A DNA stretch of 64,000 nucleotides, from positions 194,831-258,830 of IMG/VR virus record IMGVR_UViG_3300042890_002891; one strand, 5' to 3'. The notes beneath the pieces are model-generated. The model was not told the origin of the DNA and did no database searches. It was given only the letters and a program-made list of their open reading frames with translations. Shown here piece by piece: positions 1 through 9,416 of this stretch (position 1 is the first letter of the stretch; every line of letters starts with the position of its first letter). Made by a program: the position numbers and the translations under genes. Origin of the DNA: a virus (lineage: Duplodnaviria > Heunggongvirae > Uroviricota > Caudoviricetes).

Positions 1-20
1 TTTCCATAATGTATTTACTT

Positions 21-383
21 TCAGCCTCGCATGCTTTCCAGCGTGATCATCTTGCCCAGTTCACGTTCAAAATCCAGTTCATCAGGCACAATGTATAATT
101 TGTTGCTGCTGCGATCTGTTTTGGCATCATAGTGCCTGAACGTTATGATTTTGCCACCAATTGCTTTGCGTACTGTGATATTGAGTCCGGCATCGCTTTC
201 CACGTCGTCGCTGACCAGACCAATTAGATTCTTTCGACGATTTCCTGTGGGCATTGGATACGTTGCTGAGTCCTCAGAAGTACCTGCTTTGTCCCAATCT
301 TCTCGCACCCAACGAACGATCATGCGTTTGAACCATTTCATGTTGTTTTCCTTTGAATCAAATATTGTTCCCACTGCACCCAC
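21..383 (-). CDS. hypothetical protein (120 aa)
   Basis: ORF with balanced composition; overlaps the next gene by 46 nt; no recognisable motif. Confidence 0.4.
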   Translation of the reverse strand: MGAVGTIFDSKENNMKWFKRMIVRWVREDWDKAGTSEDSATYPMPTGNRRKNLIGLVSDDVESDAGLNITVRKAIGGKIITFRHYDAKTDRSSNKLYIVPDELDFERELGKMITLESMRG

Positions 384-790
384 TTGTTTTTTACAAGAAA
401 TCCCCAGTCACGTTGTTTGGCACCGGGCATGAACAAGGTCCAGCAAGTGACATCAGGATCAAGCTCGATCCTGTGATAGGTGTTGGCCCGTGCTGTGCGA
501 AAACTTCCTGCACCACACCAACGGGCTGTTTCACCTTGGCGACGACCTTGAGCGTCAAACAAGGGACGCCATTCCCAGTATCCACCTCGAAGAATCAGTG
601 TGGCAAACGGCCACGGATGGTCATGCACATCATCCGGATCACTTTTGAGAAACTTGTGAACAAAGATGTTGAATGGAAACCATGAGCGGTCCCGGAGAAA
701 CACATAGTAGCGTTCCAGGTAAGGTTCTCCATCCAGTCGATCCATGATCACGCGGTATCGACCCAGGCGTTTGAATAAGTTTTTTAGCAT
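338..790 (-). CDS. hypothetical protein with HxD...H cupin-like motif (150 aa)
   Basis: Motif DVHDHPW ... YHRIE resembles a metal-binding cupin/oxygenase core; weak. Confidence 0.4.
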   Translation of the reverse strand: MLKNLFKRLGRYRVIMDRLDGEPYLERYYVFLRDRSWFPFNIFVHKFLKSDPDDVHDHPWPFATLILRGGYWEWRPLFDAQGRRQGETARWCGAGSFRTARANTYHRIELDPDVTCWTLFMPGAKQRDWGFLVKNKWVQWEQYLIQRKTT

Positions 791-828
791 GTGTGTATTA
801 TACTACAAAAGTGAATATCAGTCAAGAG

Positions 829-851
829 AAAACCGGCATTGCACCGGTTTT
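829..851 (-). terminator. rho-independent terminator downstream of 894..1163
   Basis: AAAACCGG-CATTGCA-CCGGTTTT hairpin with a U-tract on the minus strand (also T-rich on plus). Confidence 0.55.
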
Positions 852-893
852 GTTTGCCTAGTGTCCGGTTTGAATCAGACAGCGCGGAATCTC

Positions 894-1163
894 TTAGAGA
901 GTGATTCCCATGGCCTGGGCTTTGTATCCCAATGCCACGAGTTTACGGCTTGGTTTGCCAATACGATATTCAGTTACCTTGACACCGTTGCCAGCCACAC
1001 GAGAGTTGGCATACACTGCAAAACCAGCTTGACGAATACGTGATACGTCAGCGGAAATGTTCTTGATGCCAAAACGCTTGGAAGCGACACTGGCGGATAC
1101 TTTCTCGCCTGCATTGAGAGCGGAGAAGAGTTTGTAGGTTTTAGTTTCTGGATTAAAGCGCAT
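894..1163 (-). CDS. small basic protein, possibly DNA-binding (89 aa)
   Basis: ORF followed by a terminator; K/R-rich; promoter-like TTGATT-17-TATACT sits upstream at 1215..1250. Confidence 0.5.
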   Translation of the reverse strand: MRFNPETKTYKLFSALNAGEKVSASVASKRFGIKNISADVSRIRQAGFAVYANSRVAGNGVKVTEYRIGKPSRKLVALGYKAQAMGITL

Positions 1164-1214
1164 AATTGTTACCTTTCAAAGTAAGTTAAATTAGCTGTTT
1201 GCGTCACAGCATGA

Positions 1215-1250
1215 TCATAGTATAACGCATGTGTGCGATATAATCAAGCA
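1215..1250 (-). promoter_or_regulatory. sigma70-like promoter (TTGATT-17-TATACT) for 894..1163
   Basis: Minus strand reads TTGATTATATCGCACACATGCGTTATACT. Confidence 0.35.
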
Positions 1251-1266
1251 TGTTTGGACGATCATG

Positions 1267-1294
1267 TTGCCATAATCTAGTGTTCTGATAAAAT
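1267..1294 (+). promoter_or_regulatory. sigma70-like promoter (TTGCCA-16-TAAAAT) for the plus-strand gene block
   Basis: Divergent from the minus-strand promoter in the same intergenic region. Confidence 0.3.
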
Positions 1295-1347
1295 TTCCTG
1301 ATCTGATGCCAATGATAAATAGCTGCACATAACCAACGGCGTAGATT

Positions 1348-1779
1348 ATGTTATACACAATTACTACAATTACTGAAGACCTGAACCAACTGATCCTGGA
1401 CGACCCTGTGCGACCAGAAATTCCGGTGACCGACCGAGTCAACGCCAACAGCAGAATCTACATGCTCAAAAGTGGTGATCAAACTCAAGCAGTGACCTGT
1501 GTGAAGTTCTTGTCTGTTATTCCTGCTGCGGTAGAGGACATGGTCAACATTGTGGAGAGTGCTACCATTGCTGTGTTTTACACCATCTGGAGTTACACTG
1601 CTGGCGCTGGCCGTAGCCTGATTCAAGAAGCACAACAGTCTATCCGATCCGAGTTTCCTGAAATACAGACCTATGTGACCTTGAGTCCCAAGACCCCAAT
1701 GGCTCGACGTTTCCATCTCAAGAACGGTGCTGTGGAATTGAGAGAAAATTCCAACACCATAAATTACATCTATAAGTAA
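1348..1779 (+). CDS. hypothetical protein (143 aa)
   Basis: Plus-strand ORF with protein-like composition; the antisense ORF 1351..1809 looks like junk (S/H/L-rich). Confidence 0.45.
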   Translation: MLYTITTITEDLNQLILDDPVRPEIPVTDRVNANSRIYMLKSGDQTQAVTCVKFLSVIPAAVEDMVNIVESATIAVFYTIWSYTAGAGRSLIQEAQQSIRSEFPEIQTYVTLSPKTPMARRFHLKNGAVELRENSNTINYIYK

Positions 1780-1851
1780 TAGGCTCGTGTAGCATTCTGC
1801 CAAAAGCATAGGGCAGTTGGCAGATTACACACACATACACAGGAGAAAAAC

Positions 1852-2079
1852 ATGAGCAAAACACCTTACGAGATTCGTCTCGAACTCTTACACTTGGCTA
1901 GAGAAATCCTTCAGACGCCAATCATCCAATCTCGAGACGCAAAGATGCAGGAATACCATTCCAAGCTGACTGATGCCAATCGAGAGTCTCATCCGTTCCC
2001 AACCTTACCAGATTTTCCGTCCAGTACGGACATTGTGGTCAAGGCCGAAGAACTCAAGAAGTTTGTAGACGCTGCGTAA
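1852..2079 (+). CDS. small protein (75 aa); N-terminus MSKTPYEIRLE faintly resembles a T4 capsid-targeting sequence
   Basis: Strong RBS (AGGAGAAAAACATG); terminator immediately downstream. Confidence 0.55.
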   Translation: MSKTPYEIRLELLHLAREILQTPIIQSRDAKMQEYHSKLTDANRESHPFPTLPDFPSSTDIVVKAEELKKFVDAA

Positions 2080-2085
2080 AAATGA

Positions 2086-2105
2086 AAGCCCCGAAAGGGG
2101 CTTTC
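2086..2105. terminator. bidirectional rho-independent terminator between convergent genes
   Basis: AAAGCCCC-GAAA-GGGGCTTT perfect hairpin with T-rich flanks. Confidence 0.7.
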
Positions 2106-2108
2106 TGC

Positions 2109-2357
2109 TTATTCTGTAGTGGATTTTTCAAGTTGCACACGGTATTCTTCCGCTGCTTCTTCATGCTTCAACTCCAGCAGCATCAACTCGTATATGATGG
2201 ATCCGACCCAGATCACCACTATGACAGAACACAGGGTCATCACTGCTCTGAAGCCATAAGTTTCCAGAGCCAGTACCATTGCAAAACCTGACACCGCAGC
2301 CATTACAAACACTGCCAGAGTCCTAAGAGCTGCACGAACACGAATATCTTTGAACAT
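2109..2357 (-). CDS. small membrane protein with 2 TM helices and a charged C-terminus (holin-like topology)
   Basis: Start chosen at the internal ATG with RBS AGGAAAAATT; the ORF extends to 2402 if the first ATG is used; two hydrophobic helices then an EEAAEEYR tail. Confidence 0.45.
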   Translation of the reverse strand: MFKDIRVRAALRTLAVFVMAAVSGFAMVLALETYGFRAVMTLCSVIVVIWVGSIIYELMLLELKHEEAAEEYRVQLEKSTTE

Positions 2358-2408
2358 AATTTTTCCTAAGTTAAAATAAAATAATATTTGACTCTGTGTC
2401 AAATTCCC

Positions 2409-2648
2409 CTACCGATAAAGCTTCACATCCGCATGTTTCACACGAATGTGATTGTAGATTCTGTCCTCATACTTGATGGGCAGGTCCAGTCGAACACTGA
2501 TCATGGGACCTTCTAGTTCGTTTACTACACTGTCATTGCCCACTGTGCCCACAAACGGAATCTTGTTCCAGCGACCGAACAGTCGTGTACCAATTTCATA
2601 CTGGCTCACGTAACGATTGGCAGCAAAATATTCAGCTAGTGTTCCCAT
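2409..2648 (-). CDS. hypothetical protein (79 aa)
   Basis: Start chosen at the ATG preceded by CAGGAGTAACACA (strong RBS); the ORF track extends to 2708. Confidence 0.5.
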   Translation of the reverse strand: MGTLAEYFAANRYVSQYEIGTRLFGRWNKIPFVGTVGNDSVVNELEGPMISVRLDLPIKYEDRIYNHIRVKHADVKLYR

Positions 2649-2835
2649 TGTGTTACTCCTGTCGAGGCACAGAGATCTTGTGACGTATGCACAAGGTTCC
2701 GGTGTCATTGTTGAATACCCGTACTATTGCGGACAACTGCAGGCACTCGGGCTCAGTTTGCATGGGACGTGATTGCTGAATCAGGCCTTCGCTGTTCAAG
2801 GTCAGCAGGCTCCAGATCCATAGCACTGTCATGGC

Positions 2836-3084
2836 CTAGGGCTCAATCCAGGTGGTGCTCACAGCATTCACTGTGGGTCGACTGTTCAAGGCAGCAATGT
2901 TCAGGGTGTGTTCTTTCAACATGTGTTCAAATCTGGCCATGTGTGCCAACTGAATGTTGTGGAGATACATGTACATCCTGGTCTCATCGGGCCAGTCACG
3001 AAATTTTTCCACCAAGTCCGGATCCACTTGAGATGCAAGTTCTCGCAGGTATTCATCTTGTGTCATCACTTGGTCCCTAGCCAT
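2836..3084 (-). CDS. hypothetical protein (82 aa)
   Basis: Protein-like composition; the competing plus ORF 2727..3080 is Cys/Ser/Trp-rich junk. Confidence 0.45.
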   Translation of the reverse strand: MARDQVMTQDEYLRELASQVDPDLVEKFRDWPDETRMYMYLHNIQLAHMARFEHMLKEHTLNIAALNSRPTVNAVSTTWIEP

Positions 3085-3207
3085 ACAAAAGGCAACAGCA
3101 TCAAAAACAAACCCACTGTGAACAACACCGCCATTAATATTTTATATTTCATTCTTCAACTCCAAAATGTATTATAACTGAATATTGATTTTTATGCAAC
3201 CTGTATT

Positions 3208-4434
3208 TCAAAGTTTTTGGGTGTAGTAGCCCCCGGTCACATGTTGCAGCATGTACATGCCTGAGGCGCCTCGATAAACAGTGGAAGACCACACACTCCA
3301 GTCTCTGACTCCGGGGTTGGCTCCCAAGGCACGTGCCATGGTCAAAAAGCTTTCTCGCAGGTACCCTAGAAATTGACCACCTTGGAGTCGGTACAAATTG
3401 CCATCTCCGTTGGCAGCATTGAAATGATAGTAACTGGACCCTTGATAGGCTAGGGCTTGAATGTCATAGCCGTTGCTGTAGCCACTGTCAATTGTGTATG
3501 CATATGAAAAGTTGTCTGCGCCGCGATTGAGCCAAACTTCTCTCCTGCCGCCTGCGCCTGCTAAAGGATTAAACACCAGCACAAAATCCATTAATCCATC
3601 TGCGTTGACATCAACACTGATGCTGTTGATCAAGTCATTGACTGCAGGATCTTGACTGGCCACACCGATTTGCGTGATTAAATTTAGGTTGGCGTCAAAA
3701 ATATTGATACTGTGACTAAATCCTGCTACTTGGTTGTTGTTGCCTTGAACCACTGCAATATGACCCGAGACTGGATCTTTGGCTACTGCACACGTTGCTG
3801 CACCATTTAATTGCGAGTTTGTTACAAAAGTAAACGCTCTATTGCCATTGTTCAAATAATATCCGTAGTTGTTTGTGGTTCCGTCCCAGACCCCGCGAAT
3901 AAGAAAATCCTTACGTCCATCGCCGTTGAGATCAGCAACACCTGCTCCATGACTATCTATGGCAGTAGCAAAAGTTTGCCGTGTAAAGATACCATTCGCA
4001 TTGCCCCAAAGCATGACACTTTGGGCAGAACAACCCGTGCAGTCATTGAATCCGGGCAGCCAAATATCCGCAAATCCATCGTTGTCCACGTCCAGTATGA
4101 ACATGCGCTGGCTACCGGAGTACTGATTAGTTCCTGCCAGCTGAACAGTTCGATCAGTTAGTGAACCGTTGGCATTTTGAATCAGCACAGCAAGGTATGA
4201 CGTGCCTGTGCCTGTCCACCCACCAACTACTACATCATCTAGTCCGTCGCCATTGAGATCACCTACAGCATAGGTTTCAACTCTGTTTCTCTCAGTAATT
4301 TGATTTAGCACTCTAGTAAATGCAACAGTCGGAGTTATCTGATTCTGATCTGAACTGGGCTGACCATTGTCTGAGCCGCCGCCGCAGGCTGTCAACACCA
4401 GGCTGATTGCTAGATATGCCCAAAGTTGGATCAT
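3208..4434 (-). CDS. secreted lipoprotein with FG-GAP/VCBS repeats (integrin-alpha-like beta-propeller)
   Basis: Signal peptide plus lipobox LTAC-GGGS. Repeated DxNGDGxxD motifs: DLNGDGLDDVVVGG, DVDNDGFADIW, DLNGDGRKDFLI, DVNADGLMDFVLV. Start at 4434 sits downstream of a consensus promoter, with RBS AAAGGA. Confidence 0.65.
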   Translation of the reverse strand: MIQLWAYLAISLVLTACGGGSDNGQPSSDQNQITPTVAFTRVLNQITERNRVETYAVGDLNGDGLDDVVVGGWTGTGTSYLAVLIQNANGSLTDRTVQLAGTNQYSGSQRMFILDVDNDGFADIWLPGFNDCTGCSAQSVMLWGNANGIFTRQTFATAIDSHGAGVADLNGDGRKDFLIRGVWDGTTNNYGYYLNNGNRAFTFVTNSQLNGAATCAVAKDPVSGHIAVVQGNNNQVAGFSHSINIFDANLNLITQIGVASQDPAVNDLINSISVDVNADGLMDFVLVFNPLAGAGGRREVWLNRGADNFSYAYTIDSGYSNGYDIQALAYQGSSYYHFNAANGDGNLYRLQGGQFLGYLRESFLTMARALGANPGVRDWSVWSSTVYRGASGMYMLQHVTGGYYTQKL

Positions 4435-4459
4435 GTTAGTCCTTTGTTGCTCTGTGTGT

Positions 4460-4488
4460 ATTATAGCACTTCGGGTAATATTGGTCAA
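4460..4488 (-). promoter_or_regulatory. consensus sigma70 promoter TTGACC-17-TATAAT (member of a 5-copy family)
   Basis: Minus strand reads GATTGACCAATATTACCCGAAGTGCTATAATACACACAG; drives the FG-GAP lipoprotein gene. Confidence 0.6.
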
Positions 4489-4554
4489 TCAAACTATCGA
4501 ATAAATGTCAAGATTGTATTTTTATGCTGGCAAAAATGCGTTACTAAATATTCT

Positions 4555-5679
4555 ATGCATTGCAAATTTCTAGACCACGGGGTTGCTATTTCTTATGACC
4601 AAGTGGTGAAACCATGTTGTGTTTGGAAATATGATTCTTCATGGACAGCACAAAATCAACTTGGTTCGGTCAATCTTGACACATGGCACCAATCTGATCA
4701 GATTATCAGAATTAAAAATCAACTGGCACAAGATTCTTGGCCCAGCGGTTGTGAGCATTGCCATTCTATAGAAAAAACAGGCAGGGGTGATAGCACTCGT
4801 CTCAACGGTGCTCGGTCCTATGCAGAATACAGCGGCAACGATATTACTTTGGAAATTCGTCCAGGGGCTGTGTGTAACTTTGCTTGTCAAACTTGTTGGC
4901 CTGAGGCCAGCACTCGAGTGGCGCAGTTTCATCATCAGGCTGGAATAATAGATATCAAAGATGTCAACAGTCAAAGCATCAGCAATTTTGATTTTTTGTT
5001 ACCGTTCGCTGATCGAATCCGTAATGTGGTATTGCTAGGCGGTGAACCGTTTTATGACAAAAATTGTTTGAAATTTTTAGACTGGGCTGCTGAACATTTG
5101 TCCGCCAACATTACCATGTTCACAAATGGCAGCATGATTCGATGGGACTGGATCAAAAACTATCAACATCCTATCACTGTGGTGTTCAGCATTGACGCTG
5201 TGGGGAGACCTGCAGAGTACATACGCTATGGTACTGAATGGGATACAGTGCATCAGAACTTTCAAGAAATCCAAAAATACTCTCATGTGGACTTGCGAGT
5301 GAACATTACCTCCTCAGCATACAATTACATTTATATAGAAGAGGTGTTAGATATGCTGCTGGCCAAATGGCCCAGTGTGGTTTCTTTTGGTGTCCCGAGC
5401 GATGCTTACTTGGGAACCCTGGTAGTGCCAGATCAATATCGAGCAGAGATTGTTGCTAGTTTAACTCGATCTATTGAAAAAATTAAATCAACTGCTATTG
5501 AAATAGGACAACAACAAAATGCGGTGAATGCACTGCAATCAATAGTCGATGCATTGGCGACCAACAACTATGATCATGTGTTGCATCAAAAGTTTAAAAA
5601 GTTTGTGGAAGACATGGACCGTGTGAAGAAAATCAACATCCTGGACTATTGCAAATTTACAGCAGATATGTTAGCTTAA
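4555..5679 (+). CDS. radical SAM enzyme
   Basis: CNFACQTCW = CxxxCxxC 4Fe-4S/SAM cluster motif. A GGEPF motif (LLGGEPFYDKNC) is present. No C-terminal Cys-rich SPASM domain seen. Start is uncertain: the ORF opens at 4426 but that would overlap the divergent promoter. Confidence 0.65.
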   Translation: MHCKFLDHGVAISYDQVVKPCCVWKYDSSWTAQNQLGSVNLDTWHQSDQIIRIKNQLAQDSWPSGCEHCHSIEKTGRGDSTRLNGARSYAEYSGNDITLEIRPGAVCNFACQTCWPEASTRVAQFHHQAGIIDIKDVNSQSISNFDFLLPFADRIRNVVLLGGEPFYDKNCLKFLDWAAEHLSANITMFTNGSMIRWDWIKNYQHPITVVFSIDAVGRPAEYIRYGTEWDTVHQNFQEIQKYSHVDLRVNITSSAYNYIYIEEVLDMLLAKWPSVVSFGVPSDAYLGTLVVPDQYRAEIVASLTRSIEKIKSTAIEIGQQQNAVNALQSIVDALATNNYDHVLHQKFKKFVEDMDRVKKINILDYCKFTADMLA

Positions 5680-6813
5680 TAACTGCTGTAGATTTCTCAT
5701 CACATTCCCAGTATTTTTTTGATTGCTCAGTGCTGAGGTCAGTCCTGGAACATTTTGTTCGATTAGTGTGCGGCTAACACTGCTGTTCATGATTTGACCT
5801 TTTGCCAGTTCTAAAGGCAAGCGCAGGCACAACTTAAACAATTCAAGATCTCTCAGAGGAGTCCAGGTCAGGGTGTTTCCAATATGCCAGTGTTGCCAAT
5901 CATTCACAACGGTATTGCACACTGACCAATTAAAATCTTGATCTGTGGCAGGTTGATAGTTACACATCTGATCAGAAAATACTTTCACATGCTTTTGTAA
6001 CTTGAAATATTCTCGATGTAAGCAATCGGGATGTTCCATTAGCAATTGCAAAACACTAGAGCCATGATGCATCAGGTACTGATTGGCAGTGACAGGGCTG
6101 CGTAGCATAAATTCGTCGCCGGGTGCACCTGATGCCAACACACACGGTTCTTGCCAGTGATGTATTTGTCGATATCCCCAATTTTTGCAAATATCAGCAT
6201 GGTTTGCCAACCAAAATGCATCATGGTCACAGTGCTCTGCCCAGACCAATTCATGCGGAATCTGATATCGGCAAAGATAACTATACACCAGTAATGTATC
6301 TACGCCACCACTTAAAAACACACGTATTGGCTCTGTTACCTGTTGCGCATACTGTTGAATTTTTTTACACAGCAAGATATCAATATCATCAACAGTTGAA
6401 TAACCAGTATCGATGCTGCCAATCACATCAAACTTGTGTTCGGTCACTGCAAGATCTGCATGTACTGTGATCAAGCTGTCAGTCCAGGCAGTGCGGTCAG
6501 TTGCAATCAAATTGTTTATGCCGGCGTCATTGATATAAATTGGGAATCCGCGATAGCGATCAGACTGAATTGTTAGTGTGTCATTTACAACAACCAGCGC
6601 ACAAAAATTGCCAGTCAGATGCGGCGTGCTCTGAAACATTATCTGACCAAGTAGCGATTCTAAAGGTCCTGCGTCTGCGTAGCCTTTGTACAAAATTTGC
6701 ACAGGACCAATAGCAAACTGTTTCCATCCGGGATCGGTACTGATTGCAAAACTACTCAGTTGCCACTGGCATGGGTAATTTTCTTGTGGCTGCTGGCTGA
6801 TATGGAAAAACAT
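5671..6813 (-). CDS. asparagine synthetase-like PP-loop amidoligase lacking the N-terminal glutaminase Cys
   Basis: SGGVDT PP-loop motif at about residue 160 of 380, as in the AsnB C-domain or lasso cyclase. The N-terminus is MFFHIS, with no Cys2. Start overlaps the clpP stop as TAATG. Confidence 0.6.
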   Translation of the reverse strand: MFFHISQQPQENYPCQWQLSSFAISTDPGWKQFAIGPVQILYKGYADAGPLESLLGQIMFQSTPHLTGNFCALVVVNDTLTIQSDRYRGFPIYINDAGINNLIATDRTAWTDSLITVHADLAVTEHKFDVIGSIDTGYSTVDDIDILLCKKIQQYAQQVTEPIRVFLSGGVDTLLVYSYLCRYQIPHELVWAEHCDHDAFWLANHADICKNWGYRQIHHWQEPCVLASGAPGDEFMLRSPVTANQYLMHHGSSVLQLLMEHPDCLHREYFKLQKHVKVFSDQMCNYQPATDQDFNWSVCNTVVNDWQHWHIGNTLTWTPLRDLELFKLCLRLPLELAKGQIMNSSVSRTLIEQNVPGLTSALSNQKNTGNVMRNLQQLLS

Positions 6814-7403
6814 TATCTAGTGGTCAGTATCTTGTCAGCAAGTCCGTAGTCTACGGCTTCTTGCGCACTCATGAAATTGTCGCGCTCCATGTCTGCTGTG
6901 AATTCTTCAAATGTTTTGCCTGCTGAGTTATGTTTGACATAGATCTCAGTCAGCACCTGTTTCATCTTGAGAATTTCTGTGACCTGGATCAGCATGTCTG
7001 TGGCCTGTCCACGTGAGCCGCCCGAAGGTTGATGAATCATGTGACGAGCGTTGGGCAAGATAAATCGCTTGCCTTTAGCACCAGAACTAGCCAGCAATGA
7101 TCCCATTGAGCAGGCCTGTCCCATCACAATGGTCTGCACATCAGGCTTGATAAACTGCAGGGTATCATAGATGGCCATGCCTGCTGTGACGCTGCCGCCG
7201 GGTGAGTTGATATACAAACTGATATCTTTGTCAGGATTCTCACTTTCAAGAAACAACATTTGTGCCACAATCAAACTGGCACTATGTTCGTCTACATCTG
7301 AGTCCAGCATGATAATGCGTTCTCGAAGCAAGCGACTGTAGATGTCGTAGCTGCGTTCGCCTTTGCTTGTGGATTCAACAACAATTGGTACTAGATTTGG
7401 CAT
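6813..7403 (-). CDS. clpP: ATP-dependent Clp protease proteolytic subunit ClpP
   Basis: 196 aa with a canonical Ser/His/Asp triad context ([23 protein letters not shown]); RBS AAAGGAATATC. Confidence 0.85.
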   Translation of the reverse strand: MPNLVPIVVESTSKGERSYDIYSRLLRERIIMLDSDVDEHSASLIVAQMLFLESENPDKDISLYINSPGGSVTAGMAIYDTLQFIKPDVQTIVMGQACSMGSLLASSGAKGKRFILPNARHMIHQPSGGSRGQATDMLIQVTEILKMKQVLTEIYVKHNSAGKTFEEFTADMERDNFMSAQEAVDYGLADKILTTR

Positions 7404-8380
7404 GATATTCCTTTTTGGATTTTTTGTTTCTGACTATGAACATAATCAGTGAAGTGATGTTTATTGTATAGTATTTTTTCACTAAGAGCAAGAAATTTGG
7501 CTTGCCAGTACTCAGGTGTCTGGTCACACAACACTCCAAGGAATCGGTGCATGGCCGCTGGCTCAGCAAGGTTCAAGTCGGTGATATCCGCAAAGTCTGC
7601 AACATACGGTTCAAACCCTCGATCTGTTAGCCAGCGGGTGCCGCCATCAGGATCATACACCAAAAACGGTCTACATCCTACTATGGGTTTGTAGATTTTT
7701 TCACTTACAAATCCAGTCTGATTGATATCGAAAAACGTTTCAGTCACAATGTTTACCAGGTGTCGTTGCCAATTTTGCATGTGGCCCAGACTCACTATAT
7801 CATTGGGTACGCCGTAATGTGTGGCAGCAGCGTTGGGTGCAAGATTGTCCGGCTCGCAATCAGTTGGCAAAGATCTTACTGCTGAACCAGTGCCTCCCAT
7901 GCTTACTATACCACGGTCCAACAAGTTACTGGCTTCAAGTCTTTGATACAGCTTTTGTCTATGCCAGTGTGGCTTGCGATTCAAACACATGTAGGCTGTA
8001 TCAATCAGAGACGGATCCATTAGAATATCCAATGATGGTGGATTTAAAAATTCATCCACGAACACTGCACAAAAATCCACAGCATGTGGTCCTGCATAAT
8101 ATCCCACAGTCGATATTTCACATTCAAACTCACTATACCAATCAGCAGCAGGAATAGCCGCATCTAACATGGCAATCAGCACAATACAATCAACTGGATT
8201 GTTACGCAACCATTCCAGTACTTGTTCATGATATTGTTTGGTATACCATACAGAATTGATAACAACAGTTCTAGAAGAGTCGGCAGATATGTGCGTGAGC
8301 ATGCGATCAACTATGTGTGTTTCAAACTTCTTGAGTGGAAACTGCAAGCCCCAGCCGTTGTCAAATCTTTGAATAATCAT
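7391..8380 (-). CDS. glycosyltransferase-like protein, paralog A (TEK motif, fucosyltransferase/GT10-like)
   Basis: C-terminal [17 protein letters not shown] is shared with two other genes in the window. Confidence 0.5.
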   Translation of the reverse strand: MIIQRFDNGWGLQFPLKKFETHIVDRMLTHISADSSRTVVINSVWYTKQYHEQVLEWLRNNPVDCIVLIAMLDAAIPAADWYSEFECEISTVGYYAGPHAVDFCAVFVDEFLNPPSLDILMDPSLIDTAYMCLNRKPHWHRQKLYQRLEASNLLDRGIVSMGGTGSAVRSLPTDCEPDNLAPNAAATHYGVPNDIVSLGHMQNWQRHLVNIVTETFFDINQTGFVSEKIYKPIVGCRPFLVYDPDGGTRWLTDRGFEPYVADFADITDLNLAEPAAMHRFLGVLCDQTPEYWQAKFLALSEKILYNKHHFTDYVHSQKQKIQKGISCQI

Positions 8381-9386
8381 GGTCTAGTATATTGGTTTGA
8401 TTGTTACAAATGTCCGCAAGATGTTGCCGATTGTATTGAGCTATCTCATGTGCAAAACTTAATATTCGTTTTTGTTCTGCACGGCCGCACTCCAGCAAGG
8501 TGCGCATACTTTGTTGCATAAGTCGCCAACGATCGGCACCTTCATACAGGTCATAACTTTCATCCCAGATGCTGTGATATGTTTGGAACCCTATGCTGCG
8601 CAATCTTGCTAGATAGTAACGTGGTGCATATACCAACATGGGTTTGGCAGCCATGATAGGACGTATGGTTTTTTCAGTAGGAAAGAATGTATTTCCTAAG
8701 GTGTAAGTTTCACACACTATCTCCACAGCAAAATTGTGATAGTGCTGCAACAAACTAGTATTGGTTTCTGCTGATGATGCAGGAGTAGCAAATTGATCTC
8801 TTACTGATTTGTTGTCCACACTGGTCACAATCCGTTGATCATACCAAGCAAACATCCGGGCCTGATCATACAGTGATAACCAGTCTGATATGTTTTCTAA
8901 ATCGTGAACATCACCTATCTCTCGTTTCCAAGGAAATGGTTGTATGTGATTCATCATGCTGGCAAAAAGACTAGTGCTATGTGCTTGATACAGAATAGCA
9001 GCTCTGCTGAGTGTAATTCTTCCAACAAACAATCCAAAAGGTTGTTGATATTCTAGTTGTTGTTCTAGTGTGGGTTCTGTGTGTTGCCAATAATCCTGAA
9101 CCATGAAGAAAAAATGACTTATCTTGCTGCATTTCACACGCTGGTATGGCACAAATTCTACAGGATTGCTCCATCCTATTAACTGCACAGTATCAGGAGT
9201 TTGTTTCCTAGCCATGAGCCAGGCGTTGATTGATTTGGTTATGCCCAGTGCCGACAAGCTAGGACCCTCTCCACGTAGGTCCAAGACCAGTGGTTCTCCA
9301 GGTGGGTGCTGATTAAGTTGTTGTTGAAATTGAGTAGGATTATTCCAGCAATCGCCGCTGAATTCTATTGCTATAGGTTCTGTCAT
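8361..9386 (-). CDS. glycosyltransferase-like protein, paralog B
   Basis: TEKTIRPIMAAKPMLVYAPRYYLARLRSIGFQTYHSIWDESYD aligns with paralogs A and C. Confidence 0.5.
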   Translation of the reverse strand: MTEPIAIEFSGDCWNNPTQFQQQLNQHPPGEPLVLDLRGEGPSLSALGITKSINAWLMARKQTPDTVQLIGWSNPVEFVPYQRVKCSKISHFFFMVQDYWQHTEPTLEQQLEYQQPFGLFVGRITLSRAAILYQAHSTSLFASMMNHIQPFPWKREIGDVHDLENISDWLSLYDQARMFAWYDQRIVTSVDNKSVRDQFATPASSAETNTSLLQHYHNFAVEIVCETYTLGNTFFPTEKTIRPIMAAKPMLVYAPRYYLARLRSIGFQTYHSIWDESYDLYEGADRWRLMQQSMRTLLECGRAEQKRILSFAHEIAQYNRQHLADICNNQTNILDHDYSKI

Positions 9387-9416
9387 TCCAATACTTATGG
9401 TGTCACTAAATACACC

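Noticed and set aside
1351-1809. Minus-strand 152 aa ORF antisense to 1348..1779
   Set aside because: The S/H/L/V-rich composition is typical of an antisense shadow ORF, and the plus-strand frame looks protein-like. The same reasoning rejects 2727..3080(+), 3811..4161(+), 4639..4974(-), 6123..6470(+), 28000..28575(+), 29297..29746(+), 30576..31166(+), 34003..34470(+), 37799..38155(+), 51731..52285(+) and other ORF-track entries nested inside or opposite confidently assigned genes.
4555-6813. The rSAM plus PP-loop pair as QueE plus QueC (7-deazaguanine DNA modification)
   Set aside because: Both proteins are about twice the size of QueE and QueC. The PP-loop sits about 160 residues in, an AsnB-like architecture, rather than at the N-terminus. 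There is no C-terminal QueC zinc Cys cluster, and no FolE, QueD or DpdA genes are present in the window.
6813-7403. ClpP as a phage prohead protease
   Set aside because: The sequence is a full-length canonical bacterial-type ClpP. It is encoded together with ClpX and ClpS rather than between portal and capsid genes, so a host-like proteolytic role is more likely.
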